DNA of 64,000 nucleotides from Candidatus Parcubacteria bacterium (GTDB lineage Bacteria; Patescibacteriota; Minisyncoccia; JACPXH01): contig JACPXH010000006.1 of the NCBI GenBank assembly GCA_016196625.1, positions 32,660-96,659 on the forward strand. The letters are read 5' to 3'. Positions 16,978 to 27,516 of the stretch are shown here, one piece after another; positions within the stretch are counted from its first letter, which is position 1, and each line of letters starts with the position of its first letter. Below the pieces are notes generated by a model. The model did not search any database, was not told where the DNA came from, and saw only the letters and a program-made list of their open reading frames with translations. Position numbers and translations under genes: made by a program.

Positions 16978-17748
16978 ATGGACGGGCGAACCCAAGGCAT
17001 TCTTTCAACCGTCGTGCGCGAATACATCCGCCGGGCCGAGCCCATTGGTTCGGAGTGGCTGGCCGAGAGTTTTAATTTTGGCATCGCGGCGGCCACCATG
17101 CGTCAAGAGTTGGCGCGTCTGGACGAGTCCGGCTACCTCATGCAGCCGCACACCTCGGCTGGCCGGGTCCCAACCGACAAGGGCTATCGGTTCTTTGTCA
17201 ACCTTCTGTTGGTCGAAGAGCGCCGCGGCCACGAGCGTTTGCTCCAAGCGATGCTCCGACAAGCAGAAGCGTTCGAGCGAGAGCGCCAAGACATCATGCG
17301 GGCTGCCGCCCAGTGGCTCGGCGAGCACTCGCGGAATCTTGGCATGGTGGGCTTATCTGGTGGCGAGGATGGGGTCCTTCGACGCGGCTCAGGACAAATG
17401 CTCTATGCATTTGGTTTCAAGCAACTACTCCGGCAGCCTGAATTAGGCGATGTGCAATACCTTGCCCAAGCGTTCTCGCTTTTTGAGAGCATAGAAGAGC
17501 GGATTGCCGATCTGGTAGACCGTGTGCCGACTGACGCAACCAGTGTTTTCATTGGTCGCGAGAACCCGCTGCGTGAAGCTCGGCAGTGGAGCATGGTGGT
17601 GGGGCAGTTTGAGCGGGCGGGCGGGCCGGGGATGGTGGCGATCGCGGGACCTACTCGGATGGACTACGACCGGAACATTGCGCTCGTGGAAGCGATGCGG
17701 CAGTTTTTGACGGCGAATCAGGAATTAAGAATTAGGAACGATGAATGA
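16978..17748 (+). CDS. hrcA: heat-inducible transcription repressor HrcA
   Basis: Winged-helix N-terminus plus HrcA C-terminal domain. First gene of the hrcA-grpE-dnaK-dnaJ arrangement. CIRCE lies upstream. Confidence 0.9.
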   Translation: MDGRTQGILSTVVREYIRRAEPIGSEWLAESFNFGIAAATMRQELARLDESGYLMQPHTSAGRVPTDKGYRFFVNLLLVEERRGHERLLQAMLRQAEAFERERQDIMRAAAQWLGEHSRNLGMVGLSGGEDGVLRRGSGQMLYAFGFKQLLRQPELGDVQYLAQAFSLFESIEERIADLVDRVPTDATSVFIGRENPLREARQWSMVVGQFERAGGPGMVAIAGPTRMDYDRNIALVEAMRQFLTANQELRIRNDE

Positions 17749-17789
17749 CAGTTTATTGCGTCCCATCCCTTATTCATAATTCCTGATGC

Positions 17790-18326
17790 ATGGTTCAAGA
17801 AGATTCCACGGCGGCTGCAGACGAAGCAAAAACATCCGACGTTACTCCGGCCACCGGAGATGAGTTGGAACAGGTGCGCCGCGAGCGCGACGAATACCTG
17901 GCCGGCTGGCAGCGGGCCAAGGCCGACTTCATCAACTTTAAGCGCGATGCGGAAAAGCTTGCCGGTGAGGTGCAGAAGTTCGCGCGCGAGGAGTTCGTCT
18001 ACCAGCTGCTGCCGGTGCTTGACCACTTCGAGCTGGCCGAAGCGCACCTGCCTCAAGAGCGGAAGAACGATGACTGGGTGAAGGGGATTTTCCAGATTAA
18101 AGTCGAACTGGAGGAGATTTTGAAGCGCGAAGGAGTTGAGGTTATGGCAGCGATGGGCAAACCCTTCGATCCCGAGTTCCACGAGTCGCTGGGCGCGCTT
18201 GAGACCGACGGGCCGGAGAACGTGGTGGTTGATGAGGTGCAGCGCGGCTATGTGTTGAACGGTCGGGTGCTGCGGCCGGCAAAGGTGAAGATATCGGTGA
18301 AACGAATCATGGATCAGGAGTCATGA
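17790..18326 (+). CDS. grpE: nucleotide exchange factor GrpE
   Basis: GrpE coiled-coil (LAGWQRAKADFINFKRDAEK) and C-terminal beta domain (GKPFDPEFHESL). Confidence 0.9.
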   Translation: MVQEDSTAAADEAKTSDVTPATGDELEQVRRERDEYLAGWQRAKADFINFKRDAEKLAGEVQKFAREEFVYQLLPVLDHFELAEAHLPQERKNDDWVKGIFQIKVELEEILKREGVEVMAAMGKPFDPEFHESLGALETDGPENVVVDEVQRGYVLNGRVLRPAKVKISVKRIMDQES

Positions 18327-18421
18327 ATCAGGAGATCGGGCACCGCCGTGATTCCTTATCCCAATTCCTGATTCTCAGCAAAAGGTCGTCATATTAGCAA
18401 GTAATTATTCCGGCGAAACAT

Positions 18422-18835
18422 ATGGCAATCATGCGTTGGCAGCCGTTCCGCGACTTCGATCGCTTCTTTGATGAGGACTTTGTGCCGATGATTCCGTTCG
18501 GTCGCATGCACGGCCCGGCCGTGGACGTGTCGGAAACCGAAACCGAGGTAGCGGTGGAGATGGCGGTGCCCGGGACGGAACGCGAGAAAATGGATATTAC
18601 GGTTGAGAACAACGTGCTCACGGTCTCAGCCAAGCACGAAGAGGAGAAAGAAGAGCACGGTAAGCAGTTCTATCGGAAAGAAATTCGGCGGGGTGCCTTC
18701 GAGCGTTCGGTGGCGCTTCCGGCAGAGGTGAAAGGCGAAGAGGCGAAGGCCACGGTGGACAAGGGCATTTTGAAAGTGGTTTTGCCGAAGTCAGAGCGGG
18801 CAAAGCCGAAGAAAGTGCAGATTGAAGTGAAATAA
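18422..18835 (+). CDS. Hsp20/alpha-crystallin family small heat-shock protein
   Basis: Alpha-crystallin domain (VDVSETETEVAVEMAVPGTEREKMDITVENNVLTVSAKHE...GILKVVLPK). A GC-rich hairpin terminator follows at 18838-18878. Confidence 0.9.
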   Translation: MAIMRWQPFRDFDRFFDEDFVPMIPFGRMHGPAVDVSETETEVAVEMAVPGTEREKMDITVENNVLTVSAKHEEEKEEHGKQFYRKEIRRGAFERSVALPAEVKGEEAKATVDKGILKVVLPKSERAKPKKVQIEVK

Positions 18836-18880
18836 GCAAAACCCCGAGGCGGCCTCCCGTCGCCTCGGGGTCGGGTCGGT

Positions 18881-19156
18881 TCACCACCCGGTGTAGTAAA
18901 GGGACATCTCCCCGGTTCCCACGACCTCAAGCTCGAATTTGCACCTTATCGGTGGTTCGAGGCCGTCCCGCTCCTTTCTGATCGTATCGGTAACAGCGTC
19001 GAGAATCTCGTCTTCATTGGCGATCGCCCGCATTGCGTCTGAATCAAGCTCAACAGGGACTCTCTTGCCAATCCAGCCGTTGGTTTTGGTCCTCAGTTGG
19101 TTGAGGACCAGCTGGACGAGATTCTGGCGTATCTCCCCAAGCACCAAGGTTGTCAT
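18881..19156 (-). CDS. hypothetical protein
   Basis: 91 aa ORF convergent with hsp20. Plausible composition. No family recognised. Confidence 0.35.
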   Translation of the reverse strand: MTTLVLGEIRQNLVQLVLNQLRTKTNGWIGKRVPVELDSDAMRAIANEDEILDAVTDTIRKERDGLEPPIRCKFELEVVGTGEMSLYYTGW

Positions 19157-19277
19157 GGCATCTCACCTCCTTTCTCGTTGTGCCATGGCTAATTTCCATA
19201 CAGTAATATAAAATATAAGTAACCAATAAGTCAAGACTTCAAAGTTTATGGTTCAAGCGAACGACTGTCCGAAAAAT

Positions 19278-19355
19278 GTCATTGCGAGGAGCGAAGTGAC
19301 GAAGCAACCTTGTATGTAGGCCACAAAGAGATTGCTTCGTTTCGCTCGCAATGAC
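19278..19355. repeat. cargo-less hairpin-repeat pair (GTCATTGCGAGGAGCGAAGTGACGAAGCAACC / GAGATTGCTTCGTTTCGCTCGCAATGAC)
   Basis: Same family as 6159-6498. 19 bp spacer. Sits ~90 nt upstream of dnaK. Confidence 0.7.
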
Positions 19356-19441
19356 AAAGGGGTATTCTCGGACAGTCTGGAAGTCGAGAACAGAAAACTT
19401 CTCGACGCCGCTCGAAGCATAAACAAGAGGAGATATCGCAT

Positions 19442-21370
19442 ATGCCAAAAATTCTCGGAATCGATCTTGGAACCACCAATTCGGCGATGGCTATCGTCGA
19501 AGGCGGCGAGCCGAAGATTATCGAAAATAAAGAAGGCAATCGCACGACGCCTTCAATGGTGGCAATCGGCAAATCCGGCGAGCGGCTCACGGGGCTCTTG
19601 GCCAAGCGCCAAGCCGTAACCAATCCGACCAATACGATTTTTTCGGTGAAGCGGCTCATCGGCCGGCGGTTTACTGATTCAGAAGTTGAACGCGACAAAA
19701 AGTGGCTGGCGTACGAAATCCGCGCCGCACAGAACAGCGGGGTGGAGGTTAAAATGGCGGACAAGTGGGCCACGCCTCAAGAAATCTCGGCCATGATTCT
19801 TCAGAAGTTAAAGCATGACGCCGAAGATAAACTCGGAGAAAAAATCACCGAAGCGGTCATCACCGTGCCCGCTTACTTCGACGAATCACAGCGCCGGGCC
19901 ACCAAAGAAGCAGGTGAGATTGCCGGGTTTAACGTGCGCCGCGTCTTGCCCGAACCCACCGCTGCCGCGCTTGCCTACGGCCTCGACAAAAAGAAAGAAG
20001 AAAAAATTCTCGTCTACGATTTCGGCGGAGGCACCTTTGATATTTCGGTCTTAGAGGTGAGCGCCGACACCGTGGAAGCGAAAGCCATCGGCGGAGATAC
20101 GCATTTGGGCGGAGACGATATTGATCAGCGCATTATCCAGCACCTGGTTGAGGAGTTCCGGAAAGACCAGGGCATTGATCTTTCCAAGGACGTGTTGGCA
20201 CTCCAGCGCTTGAAGGAAGCGGCCGAGAAAGCAAAGCACGAGCTTTCAACCACCCTTGAATCCGAGATTAACGTTCCCTTCATTACGTCTGATGCGAACG
20301 GCCCCAAGCATTTCGTGTATAAATTCACGCGCGCAAAACTAGAGAGTTTGGTGCAGGATTTGATTGACCGATCTCTTGAGCTGGTGCGGGGCGTACTCGC
20401 GGATGCAAAGCTCGACGTAAAAGACATCAATGAAGTCGTGTTGGTGGGCGGGCAGACTCGGATGCCGGCGATTCAGGAGGCCGTCAAGAAACTCTTTGGC
20501 AAAGAGCCGCACAAGGGCATCAACCCGGATGAAGTGGTGGCGATTGGTGCGGCGGTACAGGCGGGGATTTTACAGGGCGATGTGCGCGACGTTTTGCTGC
20601 TTGATGTTACGCCGCTGTCTTTGGGTATTGAGACGTTGGGCAGCGTCCTGACAAAACTCATTGATAAGAATACCACCATTCCCACCGCGAAGACCCAGCC
20701 GTTTTCGACTGCGTCCGACAATCAAACCTCAGTTGAAGTGCACGTGCTCCAGGGCGAGCGCGAAATGGCTTCGGACAATAAGACCTTGGGGCGATTCATC
20801 TTGGACGGCATTCCGCCGGCGCCCCGCGGCGTGCCGCAGGTGGAAGTAACCTTCGACGTGGATGCGAACGGCATTCTGACCGTCAAAGCCAAAGACAAGG
20901 CTACTCAAAAAGAGCAGTCCATCCGCATCGAAGGCTCAACCGGCCTTTCCAAAGAAGAGGTGGCGCGCATGAAAAAAGATGCCGAGCTTCATGCCGATGA
21001 AGATCGTAAGCGCCGGGAACTGGTCGAGGCGCGCAACGCCGCCGATACTCTCGTGTATACCTCTGAGAAAGTCCTCACCGACGCCGGCGAGAAAGTGCCG
21101 GCTGCGGATAAGTCGGCGGTCGAAGAGAAAGTTGCGGCGCTCAAGAAGGTTAAAGACGGCGAAGATAATGACGCGATCCGCCGCGCCACTGAAGAACTCT
21201 CGCAAGCAATCTCCAAGATCGGCCAGCTCCTCTATCAGCAGGCCGCTGGTAACGCTCAGGCGAACCCGGGCGCCCCGGCAGCCAAAGAGGGCGAGGAACC
21301 CATTGAGGGACAATACGAAGAAATAAAGAAAGAGGACGATTCATCCGCCGGCGAGCCACAAAAGACTTGA
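19442..21370 (+). CDS. dnaK: molecular chaperone DnaK (Hsp70)
   Basis: [18 protein letters not shown] and the rest of the Hsp70 ATPase and substrate-binding domains. Length 642 aa. Confidence 0.95.
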   Translation: MPKILGIDLGTTNSAMAIVEGGEPKIIENKEGNRTTPSMVAIGKSGERLTGLLAKRQAVTNPTNTIFSVKRLIGRRFTDSEVERDKKWLAYEIRAAQNSGVEVKMADKWATPQEISAMILQKLKHDAEDKLGEKITEAVITVPAYFDESQRRATKEAGEIAGFNVRRVLPEPTAAALAYGLDKKKEEKILVYDFGGGTFDISVLEVSADTVEAKAIGGDTHLGGDDIDQRIIQHLVEEFRKDQGIDLSKDVLALQRLKEAAEKAKHELSTTLESEINVPFITSDANGPKHFVYKFTRAKLESLVQDLIDRSLELVRGVLADAKLDVKDINEVVLVGGQTRMPAIQEAVKKLFGKEPHKGINPDEVVAIGAAVQAGILQGDVRDVLLLDVTPLSLGIETLGSVLTKLIDKNTTIPTAKTQPFSTASDNQTSVEVHVLQGEREMASDNKTLGRFILDGIPPAPRGVPQVEVTFDVDANGILTVKAKDKATQKEQSIRIEGSTGLSKEEVARMKKDAELHADEDRKRRELVEARNAADTLVYTSEKVLTDAGEKVPAADKSAVEEKVAALKKVKDGEDNDAIRRATEELSQAISKIGQLLYQQAAGNAQANPGAPAAKEGEEPIEGQYEEIKKEDDSSAGEPQKT

Positions 21371-21437
21371 AGGGTCTGTTATTGCCTCACTTGACTGCAG
21401 CATGCGTGTCTGTTAGAGCATGGTATTTTTTTGAAGT

Positions 21438-22400
21438 GTGCGGTACAATGGATGGAGAATGACGGGATACTTTAAAGCCGGAGCCCTCATTTTTCTTACC
21501 ACTGCGCTCTTCGGAGTTACGTGGTACCTGACCGAGCGCATGCTTGCGAGCGCACGCTGGCAGCTGGCAGAGTGGGGCTGGCTTTTGGGGTTTGCAGCAG
21601 CTTATCTGCTCGGAGCGGTGTTGCTGTGCGTGTTGGTGAGGCCCGTGGGGCTGCAAGCAGGAGCTGCGCTACTCACGGCGTTCGTGGCCGTGGGGATTAC
21701 CTTTTGGGTGCACCGGCAGGCATTGAGCCTAGTCGCTGTGGGCGCAGCAGCCTTTTTCCTTTGTGTCTGGTATGCGGGAGCAAAAACTCTGCGGCTGGCT
21801 GATGAACTTGTGATTGCGCGCCCGCGCCAGCTCGCAGCACCGTCTGTACCAGTGTTGGTTACGGGTTTCGCGATTCTGGTCGGCGCTGCTTCCGTGACGA
21901 GTCCAGCCTTATCTGGTTTCAGCGAATCGGTGATTCCCCGGCCCATCTTCGACCGCGTTGTGGCGGCGTTGCCCGTGCAGGAAATCTTCCCGGGGTTCGC
22001 GCCCACCATGACGGTGGATGATTTTGTGGCCGCGAGTTTAGGTCGCGAGGGCGCAAAAGTATTAACGAAGCTTTCTGTCGCCGAACGGAAGGCGTTCGTC
22101 AAGCGCGGGCGAGAGGACCTCTCGCGTCAGTATGGTGTGGAGCTCAAGGGGTCAGAGCGGCTTGGCGATGTGCTCTATCAAGTATTGAGCGCGCGTTTGC
22201 TTACGGTGGTGGCGCCGTGGCGAAACTACATGCCGTATCTCGTCGCGCTCTCATTCTTTTTCTTCGTGAAGCTCATCGGTGGCGCGATGGGGTGGGCAGT
22301 TCGTTTGGCCGCGCCGGCGGCGATGGGCGCACTCATCAGCCTCAAGGTCGTGCGCCAGGAGTTTATTGATGTGAAAAAAGAAGTACTGCGGCTCAAGTAG
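21438..22400 (+). CDS. hypothetical polytopic membrane protein
   Basis: Several hydrophobic helices. Inserted between dnaK and dnaJ. The start is ambiguous (21438 or 21459). Confidence 0.5.
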   Translation: MRYNGWRMTGYFKAGALIFLTTALFGVTWYLTERMLASARWQLAEWGWLLGFAAAYLLGAVLLCVLVRPVGLQAGAALLTAFVAVGITFWVHRQALSLVAVGAAAFFLCVWYAGAKTLRLADELVIARPRQLAAPSVPVLVTGFAILVGAASVTSPALSGFSESVIPRPIFDRVVAALPVQEIFPGFAPTMTVDDFVAASLGREGAKVLTKLSVAERKAFVKRGREDLSRQYGVELKGSERLGDVLYQVLSARLLTVVAPWRNYMPYLVALSFFFFVKLIGGAMGWAVRLAAPAAMGALISLKVVRQEFIDVKKEVLRLK

Positions 22401-22404
22401 TATC

Positions 22405-23481
22405 ATGGCGAAAGACTATTATCACATTCTCGGCGTCGGGCAGAACGCCTCCAAAGACGAGATCAAGAAGGCTTTCCGTCGGCTGGCCCACGAATACCAC
22501 CCTGATCGCGGCGGTAATGCCGAGCGTTTCAAAGAGATTAACGCGGCCTACCAGGTGTTATCGGACGACTTGAAGCGCAGCCAGTACGATCGATTCGGTA
22601 CGACCTTCGAGGGCAGCGCCGGCTCTCAAGCCGGCGCTGGAACCGGTTTCGGTTTTGACTCCACGCCGGGGTTTGATTTCGAGGGATTGGATCTGGGAGA
22701 TATTTTCGGCGAGTTTTTCGGCGCGCGACCGCGGCAAACGCGCGCGCGGCCCAGACGCGGCCACGATTTGACGGTTGAACTGACCATTGATTTTGAGGAG
22801 GCCTTCTTTGGCACCGATAAGGAAGTAGCGCTGCGCAAGCACGCAGTCTGCAGCCGCTGTGAGGGCACGGGCCGCGAGCCGGGGACAGGCGAGACTACCT
22901 GTACGACTTGCCGCGGCGAAGGCGAGGTGCGGCAGACCTCGCGCAGCTTCTTCGGTACGTTCACGCAGGTCGCCATGTGCTCCATCTGTCATGGTCGGGG
23001 CAAGGTGGCTGAAACGCCGTGCCGGCAGTGCCGCGGGGCAGGCCGGGAGCTTGCCTCGAAGCGTCTGCGCGTTCACATTCCGGCTGGCATTGACGACGGC
23101 GGCACGATCAAACTTGCGCATGAAGGCGAGGCGGGTGAGTACGGCCAGCCCTCCGGGGATCTTTACGTTGCCGTGCATGTCCGGTCAAGCCCTCTGTTTC
23201 GCCGCGACGGCAACGATCTGCACACCACCACCGCCGTGTCTTTGACGCAAGCGGCACTGGGCGCAAGCATGCCGGTGCTCCTGCCCGACGGAACGATCCG
23301 TCTGGATGTGCCGGCCGGAGTCCAGAGCGGTGCGGTCATCCGTATTCGTGCCAAAGGCATGCCGCAGATCGGCGGCCGTGGCCGGGGAGATTTGTATGTC
23401 CATATTGAGGTGAAGACCCCGGAGCGATTGAGCCGCAAGGCAAAGAAATTGCTGGAGGAATTGCGGGAAGAAGGAGTATAA
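22405..23481 (+). CDS. dnaJ: molecular chaperone DnaJ
   Basis: J-domain with HPD, G/F-rich linker, four CxxCxGxG zinc-finger repeats and the C-terminal domain. Confidence 0.9.
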   Translation: MAKDYYHILGVGQNASKDEIKKAFRRLAHEYHPDRGGNAERFKEINAAYQVLSDDLKRSQYDRFGTTFEGSAGSQAGAGTGFGFDSTPGFDFEGLDLGDIFGEFFGARPRQTRARPRRGHDLTVELTIDFEEAFFGTDKEVALRKHAVCSRCEGTGREPGTGETTCTTCRGEGEVRQTSRSFFGTFTQVAMCSICHGRGKVAETPCRQCRGAGRELASKRLRVHIPAGIDDGGTIKLAHEGEAGEYGQPSGDLYVAVHVRSSPLFRRDGNDLHTTTAVSLTQAALGASMPVLLPDGTIRLDVPAGVQSGAVIRIRAKGMPQIGGRGRGDLYVHIEVKTPERLSRKAKKLLEELREEGV

Positions 23482-23527
23482 GCGAAATGACAAGTGCCAA
23501 AGCTCAAACAGTATTTGTGAATAATTC

Positions 23528-24142
23528 ATGAATCAAGACAAGATCAAAAAGTTTCTTGAAACTTTTATTACCAAGCGCGAGCGAACTATTGTCGTTGTTG
23601 ATTTTGGTAACGTAGAAAAATGGAAACATGGGCTTGGTTGGCAGATAGGTATACGAGAACTTGCGTCACTAGTAAAACATTTTACCTATGGCAAGCGTTT
23701 TCTTCGCCGGTTTTACTATGGCGCGGACTACGGCCAAAGCGAAAAATCAACCGAGCTGACTGACTGGTCAAAATATATGCTCCGCACCGCCGATCTGAAC
23801 GGTTTTAAGGTTATAGAGAAGCGCGTGAAATACATACACAGCCCCGACAATGCGCATGGTTTTGAGAAAAAGTGCGATTTGGACATTGAGATGGCAATTG
23901 ATCTTATACGAGAACGGGATAACTACGACAATATTATGCTGTTTTCCGGAGATGGTGATTTGGTTACAGCGCTCAAATATCTCAATGAAGAATATAATAA
24001 GAAGGCGACGATTATGAGCGCCCGGGGTCATATCGGCAGGGAAATTATTGATGCAAAGCGGGACAGAATAATTGAGGAGATTCTTTATGCGGATGATTTT
24101 GAGTATCGGTTAAATATGGATAGATTTCGCAAAAAGAGATGA
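23528..24142 (+). CDS. NYN-domain (LabA-like) protein
   Basis: VVDFGNVEKW ... IMLFSGDGDL matches the NYN/LabA fold signature. The gene and its surroundings are markedly AT-rich compared with flanking DNA. Confidence 0.6.
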   Translation: MNQDKIKKFLETFITKRERTIVVVDFGNVEKWKHGLGWQIGIRELASLVKHFTYGKRFLRRFYYGADYGQSEKSTELTDWSKYMLRTADLNGFKVIEKRVKYIHSPDNAHGFEKKCDLDIEMAIDLIRERDNYDNIMLFSGDGDLVTALKYLNEEYNKKATIMSARGHIGREIIDAKRDRIIEEILYADDFEYRLNMDRFRKKR

Positions 24143-24149
24143 AAAATCA

Positions 24150-24176
24150 GAAGCCCCGCCTTGCGGCAGGGCTTCG
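24150..24176 (+). terminator. hairpin terminator GAAGCCCCGCC-TTGC-GGCAGGGCTTC
   Basis: 11 bp stem directly after the NYN gene stop. No strong T-run. Confidence 0.45.
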
Positions 24177-24360
24177 ATCAAAATCCGTGCAAGCCAATGC
24201 TTACAAATACATAATAGCAAAACCATAGATAAAGTCAACATTTATCCACACCCCACAAAATGACCCAAAACATTCAACAATTAAGAGAGGAGTTTAATGG
24301 CAAAGTCGCGTGGCTCAACAACTATAGGATGACGTCAAGCGTCACTTTAGCATTTGGATT

Positions 24361-24903
24361 TTGGCGTTAAGTTTTTCGCTTGTGGATTTTCAGAAACTTC
24401 TTGCTACCGCAGGTATCCCAGCGAGTCTGGACGTGGTGCTCGCGCTCTTTGCGTTTCTAGCCGCGATTTTCTTCGGGTTTGCCGTCGGGCGTAAGCGCCT
24501 CATCGTCGCGATCCTCTCGGTGTATCTCGCGCGCGTAATCCTGGAAGCGAGTCCAAGCATGTTGGGTTTGCAGCGGATTTCGGGCTTGAAAAATGAGACG
24601 GTGTTCAGTATCGTTATGTTCGGTCTCGTCGCAGCGGCGCTATTCCTGCTGATGGGCCGTTCCATGACCGGCACGCCACTCCGCTTTTTCCGGCGTGACG
24701 GCTCAACCGTGCACACCGTTATTTTTAGCCTGCTTCTCGCGGGGCTACTCGTTAATACGGTCGTGCGGCTTGCAACGCCCGATGCGCTTGTGGCGCTCAC
24801 GCCGCAGGTGCGCCAGTGGTTTTTGGCAGAGCCTGTCCATCTCGCGTGGACAGTATTGCCGATTGCCGCCATTGCCTTTTTGCGACGTAAGCATAGCGAC
24901 TGA
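24361..24903 (+). CDS. hypothetical membrane protein (TTG start)
   Basis: 180 aa ORF with 5-6 hydrophobic helices. Non-ATG start as given in the ORF track. Confidence 0.4.
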   Translation: MALSFSLVDFQKLLATAGIPASLDVVLALFAFLAAIFFGFAVGRKRLIVAILSVYLARVILEASPSMLGLQRISGLKNETVFSIVMFGLVAAALFLLMGRSMTGTPLRFFRRDGSTVHTVIFSLLLAGLLVNTVVRLATPDALVALTPQVRQWFLAEPVHLAWTVLPIAAIAFLRRKHSD

Positions 24904-25033
24904 AAAAGTGTGGGGCAGTTGGATGCGGTTTGATAAAGGAACACCCTCGCTATCGTCCGCCGCTTCGCGGCATGCCGATAGCGCGCTCGCGGGCACGCAA
25001 CCAAATAAATTTGGTTGCTCTCAAGGCCCGCTC

Positions 25034-25107
25034 GCGCCCGTAGCTCAGTCCGGTAGAGCAGCTGGCTTTTAACCAGATGGTCGGAGGTTCGAATCCTCCC
25101 GGGCGCA
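25034..25107 (+). tRNA. tRNA-Lys (anticodon UUU)
   Basis: Cloverleaf: acceptor GCGCCCG/CGGGCGC, D-arm GCTC-AGTCCGGTA-GAGC, anticodon loop CTTTTAA (U33, UUU, A37), T-arm GGAGG-TTCGAAT-CCTCC, discriminator A. CCA is not encoded. Confidence 0.85.
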
Positions 25108-25109
25108 CT

Positions 25110-26018
25110 GTGAAAGCGAATGGTTTCCGAGAGGCCTGCCGACGTTTGAGGACGGACGGCGCCACGCTCGGCGAAATCGTGGCTGCAACGAGACGACCGA
25201 AAAGTTCGGTCTACTTTCACATCCAAGACATTAAACTCTCGGAAGAGTTCCGAGAGGCCCAATACGAGCGAGCCACCAAACGGATTATCGAGTTTAACGA
25301 GAGTCGGAGGGGAAAGAGTGCAGCTGGGCGTCATCCGGTTCCGTTCACTGTTTGGACCGTACCATTCGTTGAGCTAGTCAGTCATTTGTTGTTCGACGGA
25401 GAAATAAGTCGCAACGCGTGCGTGTACACCAACCGGAACCGGATGCTGATTCAGCGCGTGGCGCGGTTGATGCGACGAGTATACGATCATCAACCTCGAG
25501 AACTTGAGTCAACGCCGGGGGTGTATCGGATTTCTTATTATAACGTGGAGCTGGCCGCATACTTGCAGGGGAAAGCGGACGAACTTTTGCAGCGGATTTC
25601 AATCGCTCCACAGGAATTGAAGCTAACATTTCTCCGTTCATTTTTCGACGATGAAGGATCGGTTTATTTCATCCGCAGGAAACGACTGGTTCGGGGCTAT
25701 CAGCACAATGACAGCATTCTTAAACTCGTTCAGCAGCTATTGAAAGACTTTAGCATCAAAAGTAAGACTGACAAGAAATACCACGAGATCGTTATTAGTG
25801 GTCGAGAGCATCTGGAGCGTTTCTCGGCCGAGATCAACTTTTCGCCGTCCGTGGCGGTTAACCCGGATCGAAAAAACAGCATTTGGAGGCGGCCGCTCGA
25901 AAAACGCGAGATACTCCGAGTAGCTCTTGCTTCCTACCGCCGCGACGTTGTGGCCACCCGCTGTCCGTCGAGGCCGATAAGCGTAGACGACGTTACTATG
26001 GGCGCACCAAATGTATAA
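25110..26018 (+). CDS. LAGLIDADG-family homing endonuclease (two-motif, free-standing), GTG start
   Basis: Two LAGLIDADG-like motifs ~100 aa apart (VSHLLFDGEIS and TFLRSFFDDEGSV). Basic N-terminal region. The ORF begins 3 nt after the tRNA-Lys 3' end. The upstream part of the track ORF overlaps the tRNA. Confidence 0.5.
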   Translation: MKANGFREACRRLRTDGATLGEIVAATRRPKSSVYFHIQDIKLSEEFREAQYERATKRIIEFNESRRGKSAAGRHPVPFTVWTVPFVELVSHLLFDGEISRNACVYTNRNRMLIQRVARLMRRVYDHQPRELESTPGVYRISYYNVELAAYLQGKADELLQRISIAPQELKLTFLRSFFDDEGSVYFIRRKRLVRGYQHNDSILKLVQQLLKDFSIKSKTDKKYHEIVISGREHLERFSAEINFSPSVAVNPDRKNSIWRRPLEKREILRVALASYRRDVVATRCPSRPISVDDVTMGAPNV

Positions 26019-26511
26019 CCATCGTCCCGAGAATTATCATTGCCCGCTCTGCCAACTGGCATCGGGAGTTGACCTCGACCAGGACCACTCGCTCCAAAGT
26101 GATCTGGTCTATAAGGACGAGTTAATAATGGCATTTATCGCGAGGGACAAATGGCCCAATAATCCCGGACACGTTCTGATAGCTCCCGTTGGTCATTACG
26201 AAAATATTTATGACCTCCCGGACACGCTTATTCCGAAAATTCATTCGTTAGAAAAACTGATAGCGCTTGGTATCAAGCAGGAGTACCGTTCAGACGGCGT
26301 AAGCTCTCGCCAGCATAACGAGCCGGACGGCGGGCAAGATGTGTGGCACTATCATTTGGCAGTTTTTCCTCGGTATAAAAATGATGAACTCTATCTGAAT
26401 ATATACAAAAGACAAAGAAGTGAGCCGAAAGAACGAGCACAGTACGCGGAGAAACTAAGAAGATACCTTAGCGATAAAGCTGGCCCTCACATCTCCAGTC
26501 TGCACCGATAA
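26011..26511 (+). CDS. HIT-family (histidine triad) hydrolase
   Basis: CPLC N-terminal zinc-binding motif ... VWHYHLAVFP is an HxHxHxx-type triad. AT-rich. Confidence 0.55.
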   Translation: MYNHRPENYHCPLCQLASGVDLDQDHSLQSDLVYKDELIMAFIARDKWPNNPGHVLIAPVGHYENIYDLPDTLIPKIHSLEKLIALGIKQEYRSDGVSSRQHNEPDGGQDVWHYHLAVFPRYKNDELYLNIYKRQRSEPKERAQYAEKLRRYLSDKAGPHISSLHR

Positions 26512-26615
26512 AAACTGCAAAACTTGTCAGCCGAAGCCTTGGCGAAAGAGGGAAACTTGTTTTAACTTGGGAGGAACTTGTTCTTCACCGTCGTATCCGG
26601 TAGTATATAAGTGGT

Positions 26616-27107
26616 ATGTCCCTACACCGGAAAAAGTACCAAAATGCGGTTCTGTACTTGTGCCGGAAGCTAAAAGGCGAAGTACGCGGCAAGAAAAAGC
26701 TAGCGAAACTACTCTATTTCGCAGATTTTGATTTGTACGAGAAAAGTCAGAAATTAATAACTGGTGATGTTTATTATGCGTTTCCAATGGGGCCAGTGCC
26801 ATCTGCGTTGGAAGCAATTACTGCGGAAATGGCAAAAAAGAAAATGCTCGGTGTTGAGCACGTGGAAGAACGAGAAGGGTACAACCTGACGGAAGTATAT
26901 AAGTGTCTTACTGAACCAGACCTTTCTGTATTTGACGATGAAGAAAAGAAAATGCTTGACCGTATTATCGTAAAATATGGTCATCTAACAGGCAAGCAGC
27001 TAGAAGAGTTATCCCACGCCGAAGCACCATATATCGGTACGGAATTGCGAAAACGAATTCCCTACGAACTTGCCTTCTACCGTGGTACAGATTTTAGTGG
27101 TTCATGA
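26616..27107 (+). CDS. Panacea-domain (DUF4065, SocA-like) putative antitoxin
   Basis: KKLAKLLYFADFDLYEKSQKLITGDVYYAFPMGPVPSAL is the Panacea/DUF4065 core. Overlaps the next ORF by 4 nt (ATGA). Confidence 0.6.
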   Translation: MSLHRKKYQNAVLYLCRKLKGEVRGKKKLAKLLYFADFDLYEKSQKLITGDVYYAFPMGPVPSALEAITAEMAKKKMLGVEHVEEREGYNLTEVYKCLTEPDLSVFDDEEKKMLDRIIVKYGHLTGKQLEELSHAEAPYIGTELRKRIPYELAFYRGTDFSGS

Positions 27108-27472
27108 TTCAGTTTCTGTACCACGACAGCTTTCAGAAAGAAATCGCCGCCCTAGAGCGGCGCTTTCATACTATACGCGATGGTCTTTCTGCGTTTGAGA
27201 AATTGTGTGAAGTACAATTCAATCCAGCAAGTCCGCGACAGGTGATTGCGCCCGCAAAATTGCATCGTGTCACGCAAAACGATATTTGGACGCTCTGGAA
27301 AGTTGAGCTTGTTGTACCGAATTCCGGCTTGCGTCCGAACCAGTGGCCACGAATGTGGTTTGTAGTGAGGGGCGCGATTATTGCGTTTTTGTGCGTCTCG
27401 TCTCATATTGGTAACTACAACGATGAGAGTATGAATCGCCTTGCTTTGTCGAGGGCGTCCGACTTCTTTTGA
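27104..27472 (+). CDS. putative toxin partner, RelE/ParE-like C-terminus
   Basis: N-terminus MIQFLYHDSFQKEIAALERR and C-terminus RMWFVVRGAIIAFLCVSSHIGNY resemble RelE/HigB (R..Y.v....iIl.v.hH..Y). Translationally coupled to the Panacea gene. Confidence 0.4.
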   Translation: MIQFLYHDSFQKEIAALERRFHTIRDGLSAFEKLCEVQFNPASPRQVIAPAKLHRVTQNDIWTLWKVELVVPNSGLRPNQWPRMWFVVRGAIIAFLCVSSHIGNYNDESMNRLALSRASDFF

Positions 27473-27516
27473 TGCTAGCTGCAGCTTTTTTTTGTTGAGA
27501 GATTTCGGAAGCGAGG

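Noticed and set aside
19385-19408. GTCGAGAA-N8-TTCTCGAC dyad upstream of dnaK as a second heat-shock operator
   Set aside because: It does not match CIRCE or HAIR consensus. A single occurrence cannot be distinguished from a chance hairpin. It is mentioned only within the rearrangement finding.
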